DNA of 41,549 bases from a bacterium (GTDB lineage Bacteria; Krumholzibacteriota; Krumholzibacteriia; G020349025). The first letter of the stretch is position 1; each line of letters starts with the position of its first letter. The notes beneath the pieces were generated by a model. That model did not search any database. It saw only the letters and a list, made by a program, of their open reading frames with translations, and was not told the DNA's origin. Below, piece by piece: positions 26,257-36,408 of the stretch. The DNA is taken from NCBI GenBank assembly GCA_031362565.1, contig JANLSU010000019.1:1-41549 (forward strand). The letters are read 5' to 3'. The translations under genes and the position numbers were made by a program.

Positions 26257-29200
26257 TCACCGCGACTTGAGAATCACCATCTTGCGTTCCTGCGTGACGT
26301 CTCCGACTTGCAACCGGTAGAGGTACATCCCGGCAGCGATGTCATGGTTGTCCAGCGTCACGACGTAGCGCCCGGCGCCCTTTTGTTCGTTCAGCATGGT
26401 ACGCACCACGCGGCCGCGGACGTCGAACAGCTTGAGCACGACCTTCTGCGCCTTTGGGATCGCGAACATGAAGCTCGTCGAACCGCGCGCCGGGTTCGGG
26501 TAGTTCTGTGACAACAACACCCGCGTCTCCGGCACACTTCCGGTGACGTCGGTCACGATGATCGGATCCGTGCCGCCGAACTGGTAGTACCGCGCGGTGA
26601 ACTCCTGCAAGTACTGGTTGGCGATATCCGGGTCGTGAACGATCAGGGTGTTTTCGTTGTTCGACGTCTCCGCCGAAGCCGACCAGTTGTGTGATCCCGT
26701 CAGCACCCGGCCGTCATAGAGGGGACTGTCGGTGTCGGTGATCATGTACTTGTGATGCAGCAGGCCGCTAACGCCCGTTTTCAGCCGCACATCGACCCCG
26801 CCCGTGACCAGTGTCCCGTATTCGGATCCGGTGTCCGTACTGCTGTCGAGGTCGCCACGCACCTTGAGACCGGCATTGTGTTTCGCAATCAGCGCACTCG
26901 AGATATCCGCCCGCGTCAGCGTCAACAATTCGAAGCCGATCGAATGTTGCGCCGCGTCGATCGTCTGCAGGATGTGCAAGGTCGGGTCGTCGGACGGGCT
27001 GAAATAGCATTCGACGCTCCGCCCGCCGATCGCGAACTTGTGCGGTGTGTCGTTCAACTTCCGCGCCCCGAAGCGCGAGACGGAAGCGTTCGGCGTGTCG
27101 GTGCTGCTGCCCCACATCTCGTTGAATTCGAGCGTGTAGGCCTTGGCCAGCGCCTGGTCCTGAACTTCGATCGCGTTCTGGAAGTCGTCGTTGGTACCGG
27201 GATTCGTCGGATTCCACGAACCGGTCCACACCCAGGTACTCTCGGGGGCGCCACTTCGGCCGTCGACTACGAAGAACTTGTTGTGCATCAACCCGGCGCC
27301 GTTGTTGATCGGATCGAACCGGTCGTTGATGAGCGCCACGCCTCCGGCGGCGAGCGTCGTGAACCCAGACCCGCCGGCGTTGTCGAATTCACAGATCACA
27401 CGCACTTTGACGCCGCGGTTCTTGGCGGCAATGAGCGCGGTGGCGAGCGTCGACCCCGGCGTTCCAGTCAGACTGTAGAGCGTCGCATCAATGGAGCGCC
27501 GGGCGTTGTTGAGACGTGGAACGAGCAACGCCGGCAAATCCTGGTTGGCGTGCGCGGCATGCAACCACGCAACCGTTGTATTGACGCTCTTGTTGAAGTA
27601 GGCGTTCATCTCACCGGTCGAGGCCGGCGGCGATGCGGTGCTGAACAAGCTCGTCGACGAGTAGTTGGTCCCGGCGCCGTCGGTGGAGCCGGCGCTGTAG
27701 TGGTACACCGTCGCGGGCGTGAGCCCCGGAATCGTGAGGGTGTGCGCGGTGACCGGCGTGCCATCGGTCACGCTATCCCCCAGCGCTGCGGTCAACCCAT
27801 AACGCACCGTGCTGGTGGACGCGACATCCGTCGTCCAATGAATCTGAACCGACGTCGGCAGGATATTGTCCTCGTACGGCGTCGTCAGAATGATCGGACC
27901 CGGGTGCGGGATAATGTCTTCCGGGGCGCGCGGCGCCAACTCGTAGTCCGCGGTGTAGGGCGGCCCGGGCGCCGGTGTGCCCGGCTTGAACTGCTTGAGG
28001 ATCCCAATCGCATCGAAAACGCTCGGCGTCGGCGGGAACGTATTCGGGATGAAGATGTTCGTCGTACCACTGGCATCGGTGATCGTCGACGTCACCGAGT
28101 TGTACGTCGCGCCGTTGATGCGGATGAGCCGGCTCTCGTTGGGCTCGGTAAAGTCGACATGGAATGTGGCGTTGAGATCGGCGCACGTGATCACCAGTGG
28201 CGCCGGAACCGGAAGCCCGGTCGCGTGGCGCGTCAACAAGGCGAAGTCCGGCTGCAGCTCGGTCAGGCCGCGGAACTGCAGAACGCTGCCGGTGACGGTG
28301 ATGCTGTCACCCGGCGCGAGCGTCAACGGCCCGAGCGCCGCGTTGAACAAATCGATGCCGCCGGTGCCATCCTGCACGTAGACGTCGGTGCGCGTGCTGC
28401 TCAGGTTCGCGGTGACGATGCCGCTCACCGTCGCCTCGGCGCCAACGGTGTATGGCGCGACGGGAACGCCGCTCGCATCGTTGACGTGAATCGTCACGAT
28501 CGGCACGATTTGCAGCACGCGGACGGACGGCTGCGGCGCGATCGGTGTCAATGTTCCGGCGGCGACCGCGGTGCGCACGTTGAAGAAGGAATTGCCCTTC
28601 ACCGGCGGCGAGGTCAGATTCGAGATCGTGACGCTGCCGCTATCGGCCGCGCTGAGCGCGGCCGACGCGACGAACAACGTGTCGCCGACGATCGACGTCG
28701 TGGCAGTGGCGAACGCCGTTCCCGCGAGTCCAACCGAGCCGGTGGAGTGAGACCATGTCCATTCGCCCGGCACGAGGATGGCGATTTGGGTCAACGTGTA
28801 AGCCGCGCTCTGGCGGAACGACAGTGTGAGCGCGCCGACACTGCGATTCGCGAACACCACGGATGGCTGGATGCTGGCCGTGCCAGTGCCGCTGCCGTTG
28901 TTGGCGAAGGACGGTTCGGGCGCCGTCAGGCTATTTTGCGGATTGCGGCCGTGCGTCTGCGCCACGTAATCGCTGCCGTTAACGTCGGTGTCCTGGCCGT
29001 TCCCGAGCAGAGCGTGCGCGCCGCCCGCTCCGAGCGAATCTGCCGTCGATGTAGCAAGCGCTTTGCGTTCGACGCTGTTGTTATTCGCGCTCGTGCCATG
29101 GTTGGGTGCCGCGGAACCTCCCTCGGGGTCGATTGCCGTCCCCCAGCCCACTTTGTCGACTTCGACGGCCGAGGCGTCGAGCATGCGCTCGTGCCCGCTG

Positions 29201-29568
29201 TCCGCCATGCCGGATCCCGAGTTCCAGAGCCCGGAGCTGAAGTCCGGCGTCACGGCGCCGATATACGACTGGTTGGCGAGCAGATAGAAACCGTGCGCCG
29301 GAATGAAAGCGTTGGCCGGCAGGATCGCCCGGTCGTTCCAGAGAGTGCCGCTCGCCGACTTGTATTGAAGCTTCCAACCGGCCAGGTTGATGGCATTGGC
29401 GGTCGGGTTATACAGCTCCACAAACTCGTCGGTGGCTGCGGACGGCCCGCGCGAAGCGAACTCACTGATGACGACGTGATTGGCGGCCGCGAATACCGCG
29501 GGAGCGACGGCCGGCTCCAGCGCGCAAACGGCCAGCAGGGCGATCAGAATTCGATGGGTCGAACGCAT
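26257..29568 (-). CDS. Secreted PLD-superfamily nuclease/phospholipase: lamin-tail domain, OB-fold, FN3-like, two HKD domains, T9SS-like CTD
   Basis: Signal peptide; VVISEF..EFVELYNPT (LTD); YVQDGTGGI..GDSITVTG..FRGLTEL (OB); WTTD..VRYG..GLTPATVYHY (FN3); HNKFFVVD and HHKYMITD with TGSxN; LSQNYPNP..GMYLYRL. Confidence 0.85.
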   Translation of the reverse strand: MRSTHRILIALLAVCALEPAVAPAVFAAANHVVISEFASRGPSAATDEFVELYNPTANAINLAGWKLQYKSASGTLWNDRAILPANAFIPAHGFYLLANQSYIGAVTPDFSSGLWNSGSGMADSGHERMLDASAVEVDKVGWGTAIDPEGGSAAPNHGTSANNNSVERKALATSTADSLGAGGAHALLGNGQDTDVNGSDYVAQTHGRNPQNSLTAPEPSFANNGSGTGTASIQPSVVFANRSVGALTLSFRQSAAYTLTQIAILVPGEWTWSHSTGSVGLAGTAFATATTSIVGDTLFVASAALSAADSGSVTISNLTSPPVKGNSFFNVRTAVAAGTLTPIAPQPSVRVLQIVPIVTIHVNDASGVPVAPYTVGAEATVSGIVTANLSSTRTDVYVQDGTGGIDLFNAALGPLTLAPGDSITVTGSVLQFRGLTELQPDFALLTRHATGLPVPAPLVITCADLNATFHVDFTEPNESRLIRINGATYNSVTSTITDASGTTNIFIPNTFPPTPSVFDAIGILKQFKPGTPAPGPPYTADYELAPRAPEDIIPHPGPIILTTPYEDNILPTSVQIHWTTDVASTSTVRYGLTAALGDSVTDGTPVTAHTLTIPGLTPATVYHYSAGSTDGAGTNYSSTSLFSTASPPASTGEMNAYFNKSVNTTVAWLHAAHANQDLPALLVPRLNNARRSIDATLYSLTGTPGSTLATALIAAKNRGVKVRVICEFDNAGGSGFTTLAAGGVALINDRFDPINNGAGLMHNKFFVVDGRSGAPESTWVWTGSWNPTNPGTNDDFQNAIEVQDQALAKAYTLEFNEMWGSSTDTPNASVSRFGARKLNDTPHKFAIGGRSVECYFSPSDDPTLHILQTIDAAQHSIGFELLTLTRADISSALIAKHNAGLKVRGDLDSSTDTGSEYGTLVTGGVDVRLKTGVSGLLHHKYMITDTDSPLYDGRVLTGSHNWSASAETSNNENTLIVHDPDIANQYLQEFTARYYQFGGTDPIIVTDVTGSVPETRVLLSQNYPNPARGSTSFMFAIPKAQKVVLKLFDVRGRVVRTMLNEQKGAGRYVVTLDNHDIAAGMYLYRLQVGDVTQERKMVILKSR

Positions 29569-29735
29569 GCGGGCTCCACGGGGTGTGGGACATCGGGATG
29601 TTCCTTATAAGGGTACCACATTTTGTGGGGCGCCGCCCCACGCGCCCTCGCGGGCAGGCTTCCGCCGGCGCTCCGGGCGCCGCCGGGACGCGTCCATTGC
29701 GGCCTCCGGCGGGCGCCGATTCGACCCGCTCGGGT

Positions 29736-30650
29736 TCACTGACCTTCGCCTTCGCCCCACAACCATGCCGCACCGCGCACTCCGGAACTGTCGCCGTGTT
29801 GCGGCGGCACGATGCGGGTCGTGACTCGATCCGAAAAGATGAATGGCGACCACCGGTCCGGAATCGCCGTGTAGAGATGCTGCAAGTGCGACACGCCGCC
29901 GCCCAACACAATGACGTCGGGGTCGAGCACGTTGATGATCGATGCGAGGGCGCGTGCGAAGCGGTGTGTGTGGCGGGTGAGTGAATCGCTGCATGCGGCA
30001 TCGCCATCTGCGGCGCGGGCTGCAATGGTCTCGGCAGCCAGTTGCTCGCCCGTGTGGCGCGCATGATCGGCGGTGATGCCTGGGCCTGAGAGATAGGTCT
30101 CGATGCAACCCGACCGGCCGCAATAGCAGGGCGGCTCGGGCCGGTCGTCCGCTTCGGCCCACGGCAACGGATTGTGGCCCCATTCGCCGGCGATCGAATT
30201 GCGCCCGGTGATCAAACGGCGGTGGACGACCAAGCCGCCCCCCGTACCCGTGCCGACGATGACACCGAACACGACGGCCGCCCCGGCGCCCGCGCCATCG
30301 ACGGCTTCCGAAAGCACGAAACAATTGGCGTCGTTGTCGACCCGCACCGGCCGTCCGAGTGCCGCCGCCACGTCGCGATCGAACGGCCGGCCGTTCAACC
30401 AGGTCGAGTTGGCGTTTTTGACAAGGCCCGTGGCCGGCGAGACGATGCCCGGCATGCCGATCCCGACGCTTGCGGCGGCGGGCGACGGGGCGACCGATTC
30501 GATCCCGGTCACGAGATCGCGAACGGCGCGCACCGTGCCGTCATAGTCGCCGCGCGGTGTCGGGATGCGCTGGCGCGCAACTTCCACTCCGCCGGCATCG
30601 AGCGCGATGGCTTCGATTTTCGTGCCGCCCAAGTCGATGCCGATTCGCAA
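29736..30650 (-). CDS. ROK-family sugar kinase (fructokinase Mak-like)
   Basis: IGIDLGGTKIE, KNANSTWLNG, NDANCF..EA.DGAG, GEWGHNPLP, CYCGRSGCIE, HGDSSGVRGAAWLW; TTG start with AGGAG RBS. Confidence 0.92.
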   Translation of the reverse strand: MRIGIDLGGTKIEAIALDAGGVEVARQRIPTPRGDYDGTVRAVRDLVTGIESVAPSPAAASVGIGMPGIVSPATGLVKNANSTWLNGRPFDRDVAAALGRPVRVDNDANCFVLSEAVDGAGAGAAVVFGVIVGTGTGGGLVVHRRLITGRNSIAGEWGHNPLPWAEADDRPEPPCYCGRSGCIETYLSGPGITADHARHTGEQLAAETIAARAADGDAACSDSLTRHTHRFARALASIINVLDPDVIVLGGGVSHLQHLYTAIPDRWSPFIFSDRVTTRIVPPQHGDSSGVRGAAWLWGEGEGQ

Positions 30651-30764
30651 TGCTTCGACTCCTCGGATGGGTGCGGTGCGAATCTACACGAAACCCAGGT
30701 GGCGGCGGACGCGTAGACTGGGGCTGCGCCGCGTCGGGGACCCCGAAGGTCTCGGAGATGGAGG

Positions 30765-32084
30765 ATGCCCGTGAGGCTCTTGATCGCGATCCTATCCGCC
30801 GCTTTCGTTTCGGGCTCCGCACCGCGGGCCGGCGCCGAACCGCAAATGGCCGGGAACATCGATTTGACCAAGGCCGCCCGGTGGTTCACCGAGTTCGACA
30901 GTCTGTGCGCCAGTGATGCCGGCAAGCTTTGGGGCGTGCCGTTCTGCGGCCCGATCCTGTTGGTGGACCCGCAAACTCGCAAAGTGGCCGCAAATCGGGC
31001 CGATGCGGCGCACGCGCTGGCACCGAACACCGGAGTGTTCGTGGGTGATCTCGCGGCCGACCTACCGATCGCCAACACTGCAGTCGAATGGCAAGGAAGC
31101 CGCTGGACGATGATCATGTGGGGATCCTTGAGCGAGAAACAACGACCGCGCTTGCGCCTCATGGGACATGAATCCTTCCATCGCTTGCAGCCGCAGTTGA
31201 AGCTCGAGTCGCCGGGCGAACTGTGTGATCACCTCGACAGCGCCGATGGCCGTTTTTGGATGCAGGTCGAGTGGAACGCACTGCAGGCCGCATTGCTCGC
31301 TGCCCCAGGTGCGGTGCGCAATGCAGCGGTCGCGGATGCGCTGGCGTTTCGCGCCAGCCGGCGGACCCATTTTCCGAAGGCCGCCCGGCGCGAAGCGGCC
31401 TTGGAAATTCATGAGGGCCTGGCCGAATACTCCGGCGCCCGCTTGGTGGGTTACTCGGACGCCGACGTCGTCAAGTTGGCCGCCGCCAAACGCCAGGACG
31501 ACTCCGGATTCGTGCGTTCGTTCGCATATATCAGCGGCCTCCTCTATGGGTTTCTTCTCGACGATGCGAGCGGCGACTGGCGACAGCATCTGACGCCGCA
31601 GTCGGATCTGGGTTCCCTGCTCGCGGTTGCGATGCACGTGCCGCCCTCGACGATGGCGGCGGCAGCGGCGGAAAAGCGCGCCGCCGCGTACGGTGGTGTC
31701 GCATTGCGGGCCACCGAAAACGACCGCGAAGCGAAGCGGCAAATGCAACTCGCAACCTGGCGCGCGACGCTCGTCGACGGCCCGGTGCTCGTCGTCGATC
31801 TGCAAGTCGTCCAGTCGGGGAGCTTCGATCCCGGCAAGGTATTCCCGATGGCCGAAAAGCAAACCGTCTACACGACGCGCGAGCTGCAAGCGGCGTGGGG
31901 TGTGCTGACGATCACCGACGGCGCGATCCTGGAGGATCAAAGCAACAACCAGGGCCGCGTGTCGCTCGCGGGCGCCGACGCGGACTATTCGAGCGGCACG
32001 GGATGGACGCTGAAGACTGCGCCGGGCTGGCGGGTCGTGGCGGCGGAGCGAGCCGGCGATTTCCGGCTCGTGAAGCAGAAGTAG
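30765..32084 (+). CDS. Secreted hypothetical protein, putative gluzincin-type metallopeptidase
   Basis: Signal peptide; HESFH (HExxH) and downstream HEGLAEY. Confidence 0.72.
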   Translation: MPVRLLIAILSAAFVSGSAPRAGAEPQMAGNIDLTKAARWFTEFDSLCASDAGKLWGVPFCGPILLVDPQTRKVAANRADAAHALAPNTGVFVGDLAADLPIANTAVEWQGSRWTMIMWGSLSEKQRPRLRLMGHESFHRLQPQLKLESPGELCDHLDSADGRFWMQVEWNALQAALLAAPGAVRNAAVADALAFRASRRTHFPKAARREAALEIHEGLAEYSGARLVGYSDADVVKLAAAKRQDDSGFVRSFAYISGLLYGFLLDDASGDWRQHLTPQSDLGSLLAVAMHVPPSTMAAAAAEKRAAAYGGVALRATENDREAKRQMQLATWRATLVDGPVLVVDLQVVQSGSFDPGKVFPMAEKQTVYTTRELQAAWGVLTITDGAILEDQSNNQGRVSLAGADADYSSGTGWTLKTAPGWRVVAAERAGDFRLVKQK

Positions 32085-32109
32085 GGATGGCCGGAAGCGC
32101 GACGGACTC

Positions 32110-32469
32110 CTACGATGGGCGCGCGACCCACGTGCGCCAGACGTCTTCTGCAAGCCCCACCGTCAGCTGAGTACCGTGGCGCACGAGCGGGGTGCGGAGC
32201 AAGAGCGGCTCGAGTGCGAGCTTCTCGACCCAGCGGTCATCCGAGAGATGTGCGACGTGCAGTCCCAGCTCCCGGAAGCGTGGCGCTTCGCGGTCGAGGA
32301 TCGCGTCGACCCCAAACTTCTGCGTGAACCGGCGCAATTCGCCGAGCGACATTGGGCGCTCCTTGAGATCGACGAAATGGACCGCGATGCGCCGTTCCGA
32401 GAAGAACCGCTGCGCCTTGCGCGTGTCGGAGCAATTCTTCGACCCGAAAATTTGTATGGTTGCCTGCAC
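32110..32469 (-). CDS. ArsC/Spx/YffB-family thioredoxin-fold protein
   Basis: IQIFGSKNCSDTRKAQRFF..VDLKERPMS.GEL..PLLLRTPLV..TVG; GTG start 2 bp after the upstream stop. Confidence 0.87.
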   Translation of the reverse strand: MQATIQIFGSKNCSDTRKAQRFFSERRIAVHFVDLKERPMSLGELRRFTQKFGVDAILDREAPRFRELGLHVAHLSDDRWVEKLALEPLLLRTPLVRHGTQLTVGLAEDVWRTWVARPS

Positions 32470-32471
32470 GT

Positions 32472-33392
32472 CTATTGCTTTCGCTCGTAAGTGAAGTCGT
32501 AGTCCGTCGTCCACGTCTTGCCGGCATCCACCGAACGCTCTTTCCATTGCCGCACGCGGTCCGGGGCGAGATTGTAGAAGGAGAGGCGCCCCAAGAGGTC
32601 GCTCCCATCGGGAGCTTTGCTGTGGGTCAGAAACCGCAGCGCACCATCCTTGTAAACACCGTCCGTGAACTCCGTGACGGTGCCGCGATCATCGACCCAG
32701 AATTGCCGCCACGTGCCGCTTGCGGTGTCATACGAATTGAAACTCTTCCCCGAACCGCCCTGCATCCCGGTCCAGTTTTCCAGGATCACGCACTGGTTCA
32801 GGATTTGTTCGATGTGGCTGTGCCCAGCCAGTTGTCCTTGTGGTGTTTTCACGTCCCAGTCACCGATCCAGAAATCGAACTGATGCGACTCGGGGCGCGA
32901 CTCGCATGGTGCGGTTGCGGCGTGCACTTGTGCCACAAGCGGCGCAAAGCGCGAGTCGGCTCGCAGACTCGCGAGATCCGTGTCGTTCTGCAGTTGGGCT
33001 TCTTGCTGGAATCCTGCCGCCACCGCCTTACCGAGCCATTCGAAGGCGTGATCCTTGTCGTTCAAGAGCGCATACCCGACACCCAAGTTGTACATGACGA
33101 CGGGATTGTGACCGATGGCCTCGGCGCGCGTCCAAGCGGCGACGGCCTCTGGGTAGCGCTTCATGCCGTACTGGGCAGCGCCGAGCCGGTACCAGTACCG
33201 GCCGTTCGCCGGCTCGCTGCGCGTCAATGCGCCGTAGGCGCGCAGGGCGGCCCGCCAGTTTTGGTGCTGGAACAGGGAATCCGCGAATTGCGGCGTGGCC
33301 GGCGGGGAGTCACGCGACCCGGCGAGCGCGCCACCCGTTGCGATCGGCGAACTGCAACAAGCGAAGAGAGCAACCCAGAGTCGTAGACGCAT
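32472..33392 (-). CDS. Secreted TPR protein with C-terminal DUF1579-like beta domain
   Basis: Signal peptide; TPR helices (WYRLGAAQY..YNLGVGYALL..AFEWL.KAV..GF..DTDLASLR.D.RF); C-terminal QFDFWIGDW..GKSFNSYD..WRQFWVD..S.DAGKTW. Confidence 0.78.
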   Translation of the reverse strand: MRLRLWVALFACCSSPIATGGALAGSRDSPPATPQFADSLFQHQNWRAALRAYGALTRSEPANGRYWYRLGAAQYGMKRYPEAVAAWTRAEAIGHNPVVMYNLGVGYALLNDKDHAFEWLGKAVAAGFQQEAQLQNDTDLASLRADSRFAPLVAQVHAATAPCESRPESHQFDFWIGDWDVKTPQGQLAGHSHIEQILNQCVILENWTGMQGGSGKSFNSYDTASGTWRQFWVDDRGTVTEFTDGVYKDGALRFLTHSKAPDGSDLLGRLSFYNLAPDRVRQWKERSVDAGKTWTTDYDFTYERKQ

Positions 33393-33623
33393 CGTGGAGA
33401 CCATCCGATCGCGGTCGGGTGAGCAGTGCCCAACGACCGTGAGCGAGACGGCCCGTGCCGGGAAATCTAATCGGCGGCTGGACGCAATGCAATCGGCCTC
33501 CGGCCCGCTGTCTCGGCCCTGGGGCCTCCTCCCCATGGACCGAAGGGCCGGACGGCCACTATTCTTCTTCGTTCGCGCGTCTGCAATCTGCCGCGCCGCA
33601 GCACCCCGAACGAGGCGAGGACC

Positions 33624-36191
33624 ATGGCCACCGTTTTTGCATCTCGGGCATTGCGCGTGCTGACGATGGCGCTCGCGATCAGCGCACTCGGCTCGCCGTC
33701 CTACGCAGCAAAAACGGCGAAGGCGGCTGCCACGCCCGCCGCCAATGCGTTCGACACCGCAACCAAGACGCTCCTGCGGCGCGACGGCTTGCTGGTCACG
33801 TACCTCGACCGTAAGGCCGGCAAACTCTTGGTCGAACTGCCGAAACCGTCGGGCTCGCGCAACGAATGCGGCCAGTTCCTCTATCTCGAGGGGATTCGCA
33901 CCGGACTCGGATCCAACCCCGTCGGACTCGACCGCGGCCAAGCAGGTGACACGCGCATCGTGGCGTTCCGGCGCCTCGGCGGACGCGTGTTGATCGAGGA
34001 ACCGAACCTCCGCTACCGCGCCGTGTCGCGCGACACCAACGAAGTGCGCGCCGTGCGCGAATCCTTCGCGTCGTCGGTGCTGTGGAGCAGCGACATCGCC
34101 GCCGAAGCTGCCGACGGCCGCCTGCTGGTCGACTTGACGTCCTTCGTGGTGCGCGACGCGCATCGCGCCGCCGCCACACTCAAGACCAACGGGCAAGGGA
34201 CGTTCGCGCTCGACAAGGACCGCAGCACGCTCGACCCCGACAACTGCCCGAGCTTCCCCGACAACCTCGAATTCGAGGCGCTGCTGACGTTCTCGAGCGA
34301 TGAACCGGGTCCCGAAGTCCGTGCCACGGCACCGACGCCGCAAGCGGTGACGTTGGTGCAGCACCACTCGCTCGTGCGCCTGCCGGATGACGACTACCAG
34401 CCGCGCGTTTGGGACCCGCGCTCGGGTTCGTTCGAGGTCTTGTTCGCCGACTACGCGCAACCGATTGCGGCCGACATCGATATTCGCTGGCTCGTACGGC
34501 ATCGTTTGGAGAAGGTCGACCCAACGGCCGCACGCTCGCGCGTCAGAAAACCGATCGTCTATTACGTCGATTCGGGCGCCCCGGAACCGATTCGCAGTGC
34601 GCTCGTAGAAGGCGCCTCGTGGTGGGCGCGCGCTTTCGAAGCGGCTGGTTTCATCGATGCGTTCGAAGTGAAGCTGCTGCAGCCTGGCATGCATCCGTTG
34701 GATGTGCGCTACAACGTGATCCAGTGGGTGCACCGCGCCACGCGCGGCTGGTCGTACGGCGGCGGCATTACCGACCCGCGTACCGGCGAAATGCTGAAAG
34801 GCCAGGTCACGCTGGGTTCGCTACGGATCCGCCAGGACCGGCTGATCTTCGAGGGCCTCGCGGGCACCGACAAGACGGGCACCGGTGCCGCGGATGATCC
34901 GGTGCAATTGAGCTTGGCGCGCATCCGGCAATTGGCGGCGCACGAAGTCGGGCACACGCTCGGCTTCAATCATAACTTCGCCGCCAGCACCTATGCGGGT
35001 CGCGCCTCGGTCATGGACTATCCGGCGCCGCTCATTCGGATCGGACCCGAGAGCACCCTCGACTTCTCCGCCGCCTACGCGACCGACATCGGCGCTTGGG
35101 ATGTGCAGATGCTGCGCTACGCTTACACGCAATTCGCAACCGACACGCAGGAGAAAGCGGGACTGCAGGCAATCCTGCGCGAGAATCGCGACAAGGGCTA
35201 CATCTACCTCTCGGACGCCGACGCGCGGCCGGCGGGCGCGGCGCATCCGCTGGCGGCAATGTGGGACAACGGTGCCGATCCGGTCGCGGAGTTGGCGCAC
35301 GAACTCGAGGTGCGCCGCATCGCCTTGGCGCATTTCGGCACGCGCAACATTGCGCCCGGCACTGCACAAAGCACTCTCGCCGAGGTGTTGGTGCCGCTCT
35401 ATTTCCATCACCGCTACCAGCTCGAAGCCGCGGCCAAGACCATCGCTGGGCTCGTCTACTCGTACGCCGTGCGTGACGATGGCGCGCCGCCGACGCGGCC
35501 CGTGCCGGCCGGGCAGCAGCGAGCGGCGATGGCTGCCGTGCTCGGCACCCTCGAACCGGGCGTGCTCGACTTGCCGGAGCCGCTCCTCGAGATGCTGCCG
35601 CCGCCTTCGGTCAGCTACCCACCGCACCGCGAGTTCTTCGACACGAGCACGAGCCCGGCGTTCGATGCCCTCGGTGCCGCTGCGACCGCGGCAGACATGA
35701 CGCTCGCGACACTTCTGCCACCGGAACGCTTGGCGCGTTTGGTGGATTTCCATCGCCGCGATCCCGGCTCGCCGGGTGTGGAGGAGTTGTTCGACGGGCT
35801 CCTGCGTCGTGTGTTCGGTGATCCGGAGCCGCGCGCGCCGCGCTTACGCGAGATCCGCCGCACGGTGCAAGGCGCAACGGTGCGGAGATTGCTCGCAGCC
35901 GCCGCGTTGCCGGCGCAAACGACCGCGGTGCGCGCGGCACTCGAGACGGCGTTGCGAAAACTGGGCAGTGATCTTGCGCACGATTCACACGCCGGCGATG
36001 CCGCCGATCAAGCTTTGCGCGCTACACTCGCCGGCGACATCGAGCGTTTTCTCTCGCGCCCGGCGGCCGCACCGGTCGCGGGCGCACCGGCGCCCGGCGC
36101 TCCGCCCGACTTGCCGCCCGGCCCGCCCATCGGCGACTGGAACGCTGCGGACGAATGTGAATGGGGCGTAAACGTTTCGGCCGGCCGGTAA
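33624..36191 (+). CDS. Secreted zinc-dependent metalloprotease (EcxA / DUF5117-DUF4953 metzincin type)
   Basis: Signal peptide; KPIVYYVD, DVRYNVIQW, DPRTGE, HEVGHTLGFNHNF, Met-turn ASVMDY. Confidence 0.9.
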   Translation: MATVFASRALRVLTMALAISALGSPSYAAKTAKAAATPAANAFDTATKTLLRRDGLLVTYLDRKAGKLLVELPKPSGSRNECGQFLYLEGIRTGLGSNPVGLDRGQAGDTRIVAFRRLGGRVLIEEPNLRYRAVSRDTNEVRAVRESFASSVLWSSDIAAEAADGRLLVDLTSFVVRDAHRAAATLKTNGQGTFALDKDRSTLDPDNCPSFPDNLEFEALLTFSSDEPGPEVRATAPTPQAVTLVQHHSLVRLPDDDYQPRVWDPRSGSFEVLFADYAQPIAADIDIRWLVRHRLEKVDPTAARSRVRKPIVYYVDSGAPEPIRSALVEGASWWARAFEAAGFIDAFEVKLLQPGMHPLDVRYNVIQWVHRATRGWSYGGGITDPRTGEMLKGQVTLGSLRIRQDRLIFEGLAGTDKTGTGAADDPVQLSLARIRQLAAHEVGHTLGFNHNFAASTYAGRASVMDYPAPLIRIGPESTLDFSAAYATDIGAWDVQMLRYAYTQFATDTQEKAGLQAILRENRDKGYIYLSDADARPAGAAHPLAAMWDNGADPVAELAHELEVRRIALAHFGTRNIAPGTAQSTLAEVLVPLYFHHRYQLEAAAKTIAGLVYSYAVRDDGAPPTRPVPAGQQRAAMAAVLGTLEPGVLDLPEPLLEMLPPPSVSYPPHREFFDTSTSPAFDALGAAATAADMTLATLLPPERLARLVDFHRRDPGSPGVEELFDGLLRRVFGDPEPRAPRLREIRRTVQGATVRRLLAAAALPAQTTAVRAALETALRKLGSDLAHDSHAGDAADQALRATLAGDIERFLSRPAAAPVAGAPAPGAPPDLPPGPPIGDWNAADECEWGVNVSAGR

Positions 36192-36256
36192 CGACCTGGA
36201 TTGAAACCCCGAGCCCAGGGCACCCTTCCAATTCAACAGACGGATTTGGCCCGGCC

Positions 36257-36408
36257 TCAACTTGCCTTGCGAAGCCGGCGGACAGATCGAGCCGGCCGAC
36301 ACTGAACGAGGTCGTACATCGCCTGGAGATTCAGCCAAAACTGCGGCGTGGTATCGAACGCTTGAGCGAGCAACCAGGCGGTCGCGGGGCGCGATGAGTT
36401 GGGATCAT
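36257..36408 (-). pseudogene. higA: HigA-family antitoxin pseudogene (internal deletion and frameshift)
   Basis: AGGAG RBS then MIPTHRAP, joined out of frame to PATAWLLAQAFDTTPQFWLNLQAMYDL...RKAS*. These are the typical HigA N- and C-termini with the central HTH missing. Confidence 0.75.

Noticed and set aside
26752..29610. 952-aa plus-strand ORF and similar long ORFs (572..1756, 4742..6541, 7358..9556, 15056..16657, 17094..19175)
   Set aside because: Antisense shadows of well-supported genes, expected with high-GC codon bias; no recognisable motifs.
29603..29612. Palindrome CCTTATAAGG upstream of the PLD gene
   Set aside because: Single short occurrence; could be just an AT-rich -10 region, so there is not enough evidence for an operator.
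33495..33557. Imperfect inverted repeat GGCCTCCGGCCC..GGGCCGGACGGCC between divergent genes
   Set aside because: GC-rich, no U-tract and no second copy; likely chance.
33393..34733. Long N-terminal extension of the TPR protein (753-aa ORF)
   Set aside because: Mostly antisense to the metalloprotease; a signal peptide starts at about 33392-33404.
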